Positions 10,242 through 18,539 of a DNA stretch of 64,000 bases are shown here, in pieces (position 1 is the first letter of the stretch; each line of letters begins with the position of its first letter). The stretch lies in the NCBI GenBank assembly GCA_964220165.1, contig CAXPTW010000024.1, positions 200,843 to 264,842 on the forward strand, written 5' to 3'. The stretch is from Abyssibacter sp. GTDB lineage: Bacteria; Pseudomonadota; Alphaproteobacteria; Rhodobacterales; Rhodobacteraceae. The translations under genes were made by a program, and so were the position numbers. The notes beneath the pieces are model-generated. The model saw nothing but the letters and a program-made list of their open reading frames with translations. It was not told the origin of the DNA and searched no databases.

Positions 10242-10979
10242 TTAAAAATAGCTGCGCACAAGCGCGCTAGAGACAAGCGCCCAGCCGTCTGAGACGACAA
10301 AGAAGGCAAGCTTGAAGGGAAGAGACACGATGGCCGGCGGGACCATCATCATCCCCATCGACATCAGGATCGCGGAGACAACGAGATCGATGATGAGGAA
10401 CGGCAGGAAAATCAAAAAGCCAACCTTAAACGCCCGCTCAATCTCCGAGAGGAGAAAAGAGGGGATAAGGAGCGATAGGGGGGCATCTTCGGACACCTCG
10501 TCCATCGTCCCGAGGTCCACACGAAGTTCTTTGAGTTGTGCAAAAGTTTCCGGATCGGTCCGCGCGGACATGAAAACGCGAAACGGGTCGAGCGTGTTGT
10601 CAAAGGCCTCATCGAGTTCAAGCGTCCCGTTGGAATAGGGTTCGATTCCGGTCGACCAGCTTTCCATGAACACCGGTTCCATGACGAAATAGGTGAGAAA
10701 CATCGCCAGACTGATCATCAACATGTTGGGCGGTGACTGTTGAAGGCCGATAGCCTGTCGCAGGATTGAGAGCACGGTGACGATGAAAGGAAAACAGGTC
10801 AGCGTGATCGCAATCCCGGGCAGGACGCTCAGGACCGTGACGATCAGCAGAAGCTGAACAGAGCGCGTGGCCAAAGACTCGCCGTCGGCCAGGTCGATGG
10901 AAATCTGCTGCGCACTGGCGCTTTCTGCCACGCTGATGAGAAAGAGCGCGAAAAGCCCGAGGCCAAGAACACGGATCAT
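10242..10979 (-). CDS. fliP: Flagellar export apparatus protein FliP
   Basis: 245 aa with a signal peptide plus conserved segments LLLIVTVLSVLPGIAITLTCFPFIVTVLSILRQAIGLQQSPPN and FLIFLPFLIIDLVVSAILMSMGMMM. Confidence 0.9.
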   Translation of the reverse strand: MIRVLGLGLFALFLISVAESASAQQISIDLADGESLATRSVQLLLIVTVLSVLPGIAITLTCFPFIVTVLSILRQAIGLQQSPPNMLMISLAMFLTYFVMEPVFMESWSTGIEPYSNGTLELDEAFDNTLDPFRVFMSARTDPETFAQLKELRVDLGTMDEVSEDAPLSLLIPSFLLSEIERAFKVGFLIFLPFLIIDLVVSAILMSMGMMMVPPAIVSLPFKLAFFVVSDGWALVSSALVRSYF

Positions 10980-10981
10980 GA

Positions 10982-11260
10982 TCAGAGGCCGTTCTTGAGA
11001 TCGGCCACTTCGGTCAAACGCACCGCGAGTTGACCGGCGGGACTGCCTTCGACCTCTTGCAATTCGCCGCGCGCGATCAATTTGTCCCCGATGTAGAGCT
11101 CCACCGGATCTTCGACGTTGCGATCTAGGGGTAGCACGCTGTCGCTTTGCAATTTCAATAGGTCTTTGACCAAGGGGCGCGCTTTCCCGACCGAGATCGT
11201 GATTTCGATCGGAACCTGAGAAAACGGATTGCCGCCGGGCTCGACAGTGTCATCAATCAT
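10982..11260 (-). CDS. fliN: Flagellar motor switch protein FliN (SpoA domain)
   Basis: 92 aa. The segment VPIEITISVGKARPLVKDLLKLQSDSVLPLDRNVEDPVELYIGDKLIARGEL matches the FliN/SpoA domain. Confidence 0.8.
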   Translation of the reverse strand: MIDDTVEPGGNPFSQVPIEITISVGKARPLVKDLLKLQSDSVLPLDRNVEDPVELYIGDKLIARGELQEVEGSPAGQLAVRLTEVADLKNGL

Positions 11261-11888
11261 GTTTCAAAACCTCTTCATTCAGGGTGTAGACGGCATTGAT
11301 CGCCTGTCCGATTTTCGTGACGGCGGAGTCCAAATCGATTTTCTTTTCCTGCTCGCCGATCCGAAGGTAAACTTGGCCCTCCGCGAGGCTGGGTTCCTCT
11401 ATGATTTCAAGGGGAAAGCTAATCGACGTCTCGAGCAATTTTTGAATGGCCGGGCGCGATTCAGGCGCGACGGCGATGTGAATTGGCGCGTCAGAAGCGT
11501 CTTCGGCGAGGGGGAGAATGTGCTCCAAAATGGTCTGTCCCAGTGTTTCCGAGACGAGCTGGGGCAGGACTTTTTCAACCATTCCGTTCAGCAAAGGCTC
11601 TAACGCCTTCATGACGTGGGACCGGGCCTCGTGAAACGTGAAGCCGAGATCCTGAAGATTGCGGGCGAATTCGGCATCGATGCGCGATTGTCCGTCTGCC
11701 TCAGCCTGTGTCGCATCGTCCCAGCCAGCCTTATAGCCTTGCTCATAGGCGGCCATACGCGCCGCCTCGATCTCTTCGGGATTTTGCTGGGGCGGTTCGG
11801 CAGGTGGGGGGGGCTCCGTTTGGACCGACTGTTGGGGTCGGCGTGCTGTGGCGCCGAAATCCTCAAGCGGAAAGAGAGATCGCATCAC
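11253..11888 (-). CDS. Probable FliH/FlbE-like flagellar assembly protein
   Basis: 211-aa acidic protein whose start and stop overlap fliF and fliN. The segment EEIEAARMAAYEQGYKAGWDDA resembles the FliH central region. The call rests mostly on position. Confidence 0.45.
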   Translation of the reverse strand: MMRSLFPLEDFGATARRPQQSVQTEPPPPAEPPQQNPEEIEAARMAAYEQGYKAGWDDATQAEADGQSRIDAEFARNLQDLGFTFHEARSHVMKALEPLLNGMVEKVLPQLVSETLGQTILEHILPLAEDASDAPIHIAVAPESRPAIQKLLETSISFPLEIIEEPSLAEGQVYLRIGEQEKKIDLDSAVTKIGQAINAVYTLNEEVLKHD

Positions 11889-13573
11889 AGGGCCTCCTCA
11901 TTGTCTTCCATCCAGCCGCGAAGAATTTCGACGGTTTCCTCTTCACGATCCTCAATGAGTTTTTTGAGCCGTTTGACGGGGTCTTTGGAAAAGCCGATGT
12001 CCTCGTCGCCAAGGTCGAAATCGGACACAACGCCAAGGGTCGGGAGCTCGAACCCGCCATCGTCGATCTCGCCATCAAGCGGGCCACCGAGGGAAAGGCC
12101 CGGCACGGGCAGGGTCGCGGGCAACATCTCGTTGCCCAGCTCCTCAGAACGGCTGTTTTGTGGCTTTGGCAATCCAATGGCGGCAGGTTTCGCAAAGATC
12201 GGCCGGAGCACAAAGAGGCCGAGGATCAGCGTTACGACGGAAAGAACGGCCAATTGAACCAAGGACATGAGATTGATGTTCACAGAAGAGAACAAAGAGC
12301 TTTGTGCCTCAGTGCCATCAATCTGGATCGGTTCGAACTCCATGCTTTTGATGGTGATTTGATCCCCGCGGGCCTCGTCAAATCCGATGGCGGAGGCCAC
12401 GAGCGCCTCCAGGGCGGCAAGTTCGTCGTCACTCCGGGGCTGCCAACTCACCTCTTGTGTGTCCGGATTGATGGCGCGGATGCCATCGACCAGCACGGCA
12501 ACGGTCTGGCGTTTGATCGCACCGGGACTGCGCTGAACCTCACGGCGCGTTTCAGACACCTCGTAATTGATCCGTTCGCGTGTCTCGGAATTGTTCGAAC
12601 TGGATTCGCCCCCCTCGGACCCGCCGCCCTCCGGCAGGTTGGACGCCACAGTGACGGAGCCCTTGCCCATATCCTGAGACGAGGTGCTCCGCTCCTCGGT
12701 CTCGGAACTGATCGCGACACGACTGTCCGGGTCAAAGACATGTTCAATGATGGATTCCTGATCTGTGACGGTTTCAATCGCCACTTCGACCACGGCCTTA
12801 CCGACCCCCACACGGGCCTCAAGAAGTCGGAGCACATTTTGACGGAGCGCCTCGGCCTTATCCGTCGTCGCAGGAAGGCCGGTTTGCGTCTCATCGCCGG
12901 ACACGACGACATTGCTGCGCCCGTCGATGATCGACACATCCTCCGGCGAGAGGCCAGAGACAGCCGAGGCGACGAGATAGCGAAAGGCCTTGGCCTGATC
13001 TTGGGAAATCGCGCCATTTAGGGCGGTCACGGTGACGGAAGCCGAGGCCGCAATCTGACGTTTGAATGGCTGGGAGGAAGGGTTGGCGATGTGCACACGC
13101 GCGGCGCGGATATGTTGAGAGGAGACGATTGTCCGGGCAATTTCGCCCTCCTTCGCGCGCCAATACGCGGCGTCGAACATTTGCGAGGTCGTGCCGAATC
13201 CAGACAGGCTATCGAGAAGCTCGTAGCCACTTGTCGAATTCGCAGGCAGGCCCTCAGATGCCAAAGTCATGCGCAATTCATCTCGCAGTGCGCTGGGGAC
13301 AAAAATTGAGCCGCCGCGGATTTGATGGGGAACGCCCTGCGCCTCCAGGGATTGGATCACCTCGCCTGCGGCACCCGCCTCCAGTCCGGAATACAAAAGT
13401 GTCATCGACGGCTTTGTCGCGAGGCGAGAGAGCCCGAGAATTGCGGCAAACATCAACACGGTCGCCCCGATCACGATGATACGACGCCGGGGATCGAGAT
13501 TGGACCAAACAGAAAGAATCTGCTGCAAGACGACACTCCTTGGATGTGCGGGCTTTTGCCTCTGTCTGTCCAA
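11885..13573 (-). CDS. fliF: Flagellar MS-ring protein FliF
   Basis: 562 aa. It has an N-terminal TM segment, the conserved LYSGLEAGAAGEVIQSLEAQGVPHQIRGGSIFVP (YscJ/FliF domain) and a C-terminal TM segment. Confidence 0.9.
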   Translation of the reverse strand: MDRQRQKPAHPRSVVLQQILSVWSNLDPRRRIIVIGATVLMFAAILGLSRLATKPSMTLLYSGLEAGAAGEVIQSLEAQGVPHQIRGGSIFVPSALRDELRMTLASEGLPANSTSGYELLDSLSGFGTTSQMFDAAYWRAKEGEIARTIVSSQHIRAARVHIANPSSQPFKRQIAASASVTVTALNGAISQDQAKAFRYLVASAVSGLSPEDVSIIDGRSNVVVSGDETQTGLPATTDKAEALRQNVLRLLEARVGVGKAVVEVAIETVTDQESIIEHVFDPDSRVAISSETEERSTSSQDMGKGSVTVASNLPEGGGSEGGESSSNNSETRERINYEVSETRREVQRSPGAIKRQTVAVLVDGIRAINPDTQEVSWQPRSDDELAALEALVASAIGFDEARGDQITIKSMEFEPIQIDGTEAQSSLFSSVNINLMSLVQLAVLSVVTLILGLFVLRPIFAKPAAIGLPKPQNSRSEELGNEMLPATLPVPGLSLGGPLDGEIDDGGFELPTLGVVSDFDLGDEDIGFSKDPVKRLKKLIEDREEETVEILRGWMEDNEEAL

Positions 13574-13652
13574 TGAATGTCCGAACAGCCTTAATAATCG
13601 GTTAGCTACCTCGCGTTAAAACCAGAATCGGAAAAGATTTCGAGATGGACCC

Positions 13653-14153
13653 ATGGCCGACGCAGCAGACCTCACAGATGACGAACCGCGCAAGAAATCC
13701 AAGCTGCCTCTGATCCTCGGATTGGTGCTGATGGCCGTGCTCGGTGGCGGTGGCTTTTTTGCCGTCTACTCTGGTCTCCTTTTAGCGCCCGAGCACGAAG
13801 AAGACATGGCTTTGGCGGAGCTAGAAGCCGACCCCATGATCCCCTTGCCAAGTGTCGCATTCGTGCCGGTAGACCCGCTGATCATCAACCTGGTAGACAC
13901 CTCTGGACGTGGTCGGCACCTCAGGTTTCAGGCGCAGCTTGAGGTGCCGACAGCCTACGAGCAGGAGGTGATTAGCCTGATGCCGCGAGTCGTGGATATT
14001 TTGAACGGCTATCTGCGGGCGGTTGAGGTGAGTGAGCTTGAAAACCCTTCGGCGCTCGTTCGGTTGCGGGCACAGATCCTGCGCAGGCTTCAGATCGTGG
14101 CCGGCGAGGGGCGCGTCAAAGACGTTTTGATTATGGAATTTGTGGTGAATTGA
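13653..14153 (+). CDS. fliL: Flagellar basal-body-associated protein FliL (copy 1)
   Basis: 166 aa with a single N-terminal TM segment, then the FliL-type pattern VPVDPLIINLVDTSGRGRHLRFQAQLEV...VLIMEFVV. Confidence 0.75.
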   Translation: MADAADLTDDEPRKKSKLPLILGLVLMAVLGGGGFFAVYSGLLLAPEHEEDMALAELEADPMIPLPSVAFVPVDPLIINLVDTSGRGRHLRFQAQLEVPTAYEQEVISLMPRVVDILNGYLRAVEVSELENPSALVRLRAQILRRLQIVAGEGRVKDVLIMEFVVN

Positions 14154-14163
14154 GGAGGGTGAC

Positions 14164-14571
14164 ATGGAGCTGATTGCGGATTTCCTCATGATCGCGGGCA
14201 CGATTGCGGTGACGATCTACTGCATGATCCTTGCGCGGCGGTTGAACCGGTTTACCGATCTGGAAAAGGGCGTCGGAGGCGCGATCGCCGTCTTGTCCGC
14301 GCAGGTCGATGACATGACAAAAACGCTCATGAAAGCCCAGAAAACAGCGGCCAGTTCCGCAGCAAAACTCGAAGATTTGACACGCCGCGCAGAAGAGGCC
14401 TCGCGCAGGATGGAGTTACTGATTGCGGCCACGCATGACCTCCCGGAACCCGTGCGCGTTCCGGAGACGACAGACGAATTCTCTAGACCGACGCCACCGC
14501 AGAACACGCCAGAAGATCCACAAGAGGCCCTGTTTCTGAGCCAAAGAAATCGCGTGGAGGCGGCGGAATGA
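14164..14571 (+). CDS. Hypothetical membrane protein in flagellar operon
   Basis: 135 aa with an N-terminal TM segment and a coiled region. GGAGGG SD upstream. Its stop overlaps the next ORF. I recognised no motif. Confidence 0.5.
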   Translation: MELIADFLMIAGTIAVTIYCMILARRLNRFTDLEKGVGGAIAVLSAQVDDMTKTLMKAQKTAASSAAKLEDLTRRAEEASRRMELLIAATHDLPEPVRVPETTDEFSRPTPPQNTPEDPQEALFLSQRNRVEAAE

Positions 14572-15206
14572 CATCCAAGGTGAAAGCACACAACAAGCAC
14601 CAGAAAAGGATCAAACGCAAACTGCGGTCTGGCCGTGGCGCGCTTTGGTTCATTGCTTTGATCTTTGCGGTCTCTGCCGCTGCGCGGGTTGCGTCCGGCG
14701 CAGGTGCCGCGATTGCGCGTGAAATTTCCGAGGTGTCGCAGGACCATCTCAAGGCCTCCGGATTTGACCCGGAGGCGGGTGAGGCCTGCGTCTCCGATGA
14801 AGATACATCAGCACTTCTTGATGCGCTTCTCAAACGCGAAAAGGTCGTCGAAGAAAAAGAGTTTCTGATCGCGCAGAAAACCAAGGCCTATGAAATTGCT
14901 AAAGTTGAAATTCAGAAAAGGCTCGATGAATTGGAAGCCGCAGAAGAGCGACTTCGCGCCACGATGTACCGTTCTGAAACGGCCGCGGAAGACGACCTGG
15001 TCAAGCTGACCTCTGTGTATGAGACGATGAAACCCAAGGACGCGGCAGCTCTCTTTGAGGCGATGTCTCCGGAATTTGCCGCTGGGTTTTTGGGACGCAT
15101 GCGTTCGGATGCGGCGGGGGCGATCATGGCCGGGCTCCAACCGGAAACCGCCTATACGATTTCTGTCATCCTGGCGGGCCGAAATGCACGCGCGCCGCGT
15201 GAATAA
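14568..15206 (+). CDS. MotE-like / MgtE_N-type flagellar protein
   Basis: 212 aa with an N-terminal TM segment and a coiled coil. The C-terminal YETMKPKDAAALFEAMSPEFAAGFLGRMRSDAAGAIMAGL resembles the MgtE-N/FliG-like repeat seen in MotE chaperones. Confidence 0.5.
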   Translation: MTSKVKAHNKHQKRIKRKLRSGRGALWFIALIFAVSAAARVASGAGAAIAREISEVSQDHLKASGFDPEAGEACVSDEDTSALLDALLKREKVVEEKEFLIAQKTKAYEIAKVEIQKRLDELEAAEERLRATMYRSETAAEDDLVKLTSVYETMKPKDAAALFEAMSPEFAAGFLGRMRSDAAGAIMAGLQPETAYTISVILAGRNARAPRE

Positions 15207-15273
15207 TTCCGAGTTTTTTAACGGCTTTATGCGAGCGTGACCGCACGACAGTCGTATTAGGGGAACCGCCGTC

Positions 15274-16143
15274 ATGATTGGTATTATCGGAATCCTGTTG
15301 ATCTTTATTATGGTCTTTGGGGGTTATATTGCGGCGGGCGGTAAACTCGGCATCATCCTTAAATCTCTGCCCTTTGAGTTCATGATGATTGGGGGCGCTG
15401 CGGCTGGGGCTTTTGTCATTTCCAATGACGTGGCCGGAATCAAACACACGCTCAAAGACATCGGGAAAGTTTTCAAAGGCCCGAAATGGAAGCCGGACGA
15501 CTATAAGGATCTGCTCTGCCTTTTGTTCGAACTCATTCGGTTGGCGCGTCAAAATCCAGTTGGGCTTGAAGAACATATTGAAGCGCCGGAAAATTCGTCA
15601 ATCTTTACAAAATACCCCAAGATTTTGGCGGACAAAGAGGCGGTTTCCCTGATTTGCGATACGCTGCGGTCGGCCTCGATGAATTACGATGATCCTCACC
15701 AAGTGGAGGATGTGCTCGAAAAGCGGCTTGAGGCGAACATGCATCATGCACTGCATTCGTCTCATGCGATGGCTGCCGTGGGCGATGGATTGCCGGCCTT
15801 GGGGATCGTTGCGGCTGTGCTCGGCGTGATCAAAACCATGGCGTCGATTGACCAGCCGCCGGAGATTCTCGGCAAGATGATTGGTGGCGCGCTCGTCGGG
15901 ACGTTTCTCGGCGTGTTTCTCGCCTACGGGATCGTCAGTCCGTTTGCCGGGAAAATGCAGACCGTGATCGAGGAAGATGGCCATTTCTACCAGCTGATCA
16001 GAGAGGTTCTGGTCGCCAATTTGCACAGCCACGCGACGAATATTTGCATCGAAGTCGGTCGGCAAAATACGCCAAGTCATTACAGACCGAGTTTTTCTGA
16101 TCTCGAAGAGGCCCTCAAAGAGGTGAAATCGGAGGCCGCATGA
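15274..16143 (+). CDS. motA: Flagellar motor stator protein MotA
   Basis: 289 aa with four TM segments. Conserved segment: LPALGIVAAVLGVIKTMASIDQPPEILGKMIGGALVGTFLGVFLAYG. Confidence 0.9.
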   Translation: MIGIIGILLIFIMVFGGYIAAGGKLGIILKSLPFEFMMIGGAAAGAFVISNDVAGIKHTLKDIGKVFKGPKWKPDDYKDLLCLLFELIRLARQNPVGLEEHIEAPENSSIFTKYPKILADKEAVSLICDTLRSASMNYDDPHQVEDVLEKRLEANMHHALHSSHAMAAVGDGLPALGIVAAVLGVIKTMASIDQPPEILGKMIGGALVGTFLGVFLAYGIVSPFAGKMQTVIEEDGHFYQLIREVLVANLHSHATNICIEVGRQNTPSHYRPSFSDLEEALKEVKSEAA

Positions 16144-18455
16144 TCAGACGTTTTGCGCCGTTTTTCGCGGTTTTCCTTTCCATTCAGCCGCTCCATGCGC
16201 AGACGATTGAGGTGCTGTCGGGTGAACACGGGGATTTCTCGCGGCTTGTCATGCAATTTCCGAAAACCGTGGACTGGGTCTTCGGTCGGTCTGATCAGGG
16301 TTACGAATTTCGTGTTCCGGACACGGGCTACACGTTCGACATAGATCGGGTGTTTCAACGCATTCCCCGCGCGCGCATCCAAACAGTCGAAACGCAGGGC
16401 GCAGCCCTGTCACTCGTGGTCTCGGAGCGCTTCCACGCCGACGTGTTCGAATTGCGCGAGGGGCGGTTGGTCATCGACATTAAGGATGGCGCGCCTTCCG
16501 CGAGTTCTCCCTACGAAAATCCGATCCCTGGCAAAGTGACAGAGGGACAGGACCAAAGCCCTCTACCAGAGTCGTCCCTGATGTCAGATGGAGCCGGTGA
16601 TCAGAAGCTGGGCCGAACATATGCGGATCAGATTTCTGTCACGGAGAGTGCCCCGCTCTCGCTCCCGCTCGTGCCGTCTCGCGCGTCCGGAGAGGTATCT
16701 GCGCAGGTTGTTGATCTGGAGGAAGAACTTGCCGACGGTTCCTCCCAGTTTGACGATCTGGAACAACAGCTGATCGAGCAAATCGGGCGCGCCGTGTCGC
16801 AGGGCATGTTGGAACCGGACGTCAGAAAAACCGAGAAGATCGTCGACGAGGCGCGCGCGCACATCGAGGCAACTGCCGAGCCAGACCTCCCATCAGGGCC
16901 AACACCCATGCCCGAACCGGAGGAAGCGGCCGCGCTCCAAAGTCACATGCGCATTCAATCCTCAGTCCCCCAGAAAGCGGACCGCGAGATCCGCACTTCC
17001 GAGCGAATAGACTCCTATGGGACACTGTGTCTCGAGGGTGATGTGCTCGACATTTCGACCTGGGGTCAGCCTTTGGAAGAGGGTTTGCAGATCAGTGATT
17101 ATCGTGTCGCCACGGTCGGTGAGTTCGATGAACCGAGAGAAGATGGTGTGCGGGATTTGGCAAAATACTATCTTTATTTAACATTTGGCGCAGAAACGAG
17201 ATCCGTTTTGATGAATTTTAATCTTAATTCGAATGAAGATACCCTGCTGCACGCAATCGCGGATGTCATGGATCTTGGATATGCACCCGATCCCGGGGCG
17301 TTGAACACGCAATTTCGCTGCGATGGTCCGAGCGCTTTTTGGTCCGCAATGGCGAAGCGCGAATTTTCGCCCTCAGAGGAGCTCAACCTCGACAGTATTC
17401 TCGCAACCTTTTCGGCACTCCCCCTGCACATGCGTCGCCATCTGGGCCCCACATTGTCGGAGCGGTTCTTGGCCGCCGGGGACGCGCAAACGGCGAAGTC
17501 CATTCAAAACACGATTGCGCGCGCAGAGGGGGATCATGGCGACGCGTTCGACCTTTTGGATGCCGAGCTGTCCATGATGGAGGGTGATCGCCATGGCGCG
17601 GAGAGCGAGTTGGAGCAATTGATCACGGATGACGGACCTGAGGCGGCCAAAGCGCTTGTGAAGCTTATCGAGCATCAGGTCGCCCAAGATCAAAGCGTTG
17701 AAAAACGTCTGGCTGAGGCCGCGGAGGCCATGTTGGTCGAATATCGTGGAAACGAATTCGAAGTTCGTTTGCAGGACGCCGCGATATTGGCCCGTCTCTA
17801 TTCAGGTGATGTCGATTTGGCTCTGAAAAGAAGCCTCCAGCGGGGATTGAAACAGGACGAGGATTTCATCGCTCAGGCCTTGGGTGTCTTGAACGCACAG
17901 GAGAGTGATGCAGAGTTCTCAAAAGTCATCCTCGGAAACTTGGCGGGCGTGTCACAGGTGCATATCCCAGAGGCGGAGCGCATGAGCACGGTGTCCCGGC
18001 TTATGAATCTCGGCTTTTACCAAGAGGTTCTCAAACTCATGGCCGGGTCGGCGCAAAAGGATGACGATGCGTCGCGCCTCATTTTGGCGAGGGCCTTCTA
18101 TGGTCTCGGCGAAATGGATACGGCTTTGCGATATGCGTCGCAAATTGACACGGCCGAGGCGGCGGAGATCGTGTCCAAAGCGTATTTCTATAAAAACGAA
18201 CCGGATCGCGCCTTGACCATCTCTCAAGACGCCGGTCTGACGGATCAGACGGCGACATATGCCCTGACTGCGGAAGATTGGGAGAGCTTGGCAAGTGCAG
18301 ATGCGGGGGCGCTCTCGATACTGGCTGAGGCGGTCGCAGGGCGTGATCCACAAAGCGCGTATAAGCCAAATTCGCAGGAGACGCTCGAACAGTTGCGCGA
18401 CGATCTCACAGAAAGCCAAAAATTGCGTACGGCCCTGGAGAGCATCGTAAATTAG
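16140..18455 (+). CDS. Large secreted protein of unknown function, translationally coupled to motA
   Basis: 771 aa. ATGA overlap with the motA stop. Signal peptide MIRRFAPFFAVFLSIQPLHAQ. There is an N-terminal beta-rich region (possibly AMIN-like), an acidic linker and a helical repeat-like C-terminus. No family assignment is possible by eye. Confidence 0.65.
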   Translation: MIRRFAPFFAVFLSIQPLHAQTIEVLSGEHGDFSRLVMQFPKTVDWVFGRSDQGYEFRVPDTGYTFDIDRVFQRIPRARIQTVETQGAALSLVVSERFHADVFELREGRLVIDIKDGAPSASSPYENPIPGKVTEGQDQSPLPESSLMSDGAGDQKLGRTYADQISVTESAPLSLPLVPSRASGEVSAQVVDLEEELADGSSQFDDLEQQLIEQIGRAVSQGMLEPDVRKTEKIVDEARAHIEATAEPDLPSGPTPMPEPEEAAALQSHMRIQSSVPQKADREIRTSERIDSYGTLCLEGDVLDISTWGQPLEEGLQISDYRVATVGEFDEPREDGVRDLAKYYLYLTFGAETRSVLMNFNLNSNEDTLLHAIADVMDLGYAPDPGALNTQFRCDGPSAFWSAMAKREFSPSEELNLDSILATFSALPLHMRRHLGPTLSERFLAAGDAQTAKSIQNTIARAEGDHGDAFDLLDAELSMMEGDRHGAESELEQLITDDGPEAAKALVKLIEHQVAQDQSVEKRLAEAAEAMLVEYRGNEFEVRLQDAAILARLYSGDVDLALKRSLQRGLKQDEDFIAQALGVLNAQESDAEFSKVILGNLAGVSQVHIPEAERMSTVSRLMNLGFYQEVLKLMAGSAQKDDDASRLILARAFYGLGEMDTALRYASQIDTAEAAEIVSKAYFYKNEPDRALTISQDAGLTDQTATYALTAEDWESLASADAGALSILAEAVAGRDPQSAYKPNSQETLEQLRDDLTESQKLRTALESIVN

Positions 18456-18539
18456 GCGCGTCACGTTGCCTGGCTAACATTTTGTAAACGATGTGCCCGC
18501 TATGCTTGTTGAAAGAGTCAGCAAGAATTGCGGCATATT

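Noticed and set aside
11708-13021. 437-aa plus-strand ORF
   Set aside because: It is antisense to fliF and the fliH-like gene, with no motifs. High-GC artefact. The same reasoning applies to 11616-12257 and 12448-13017.
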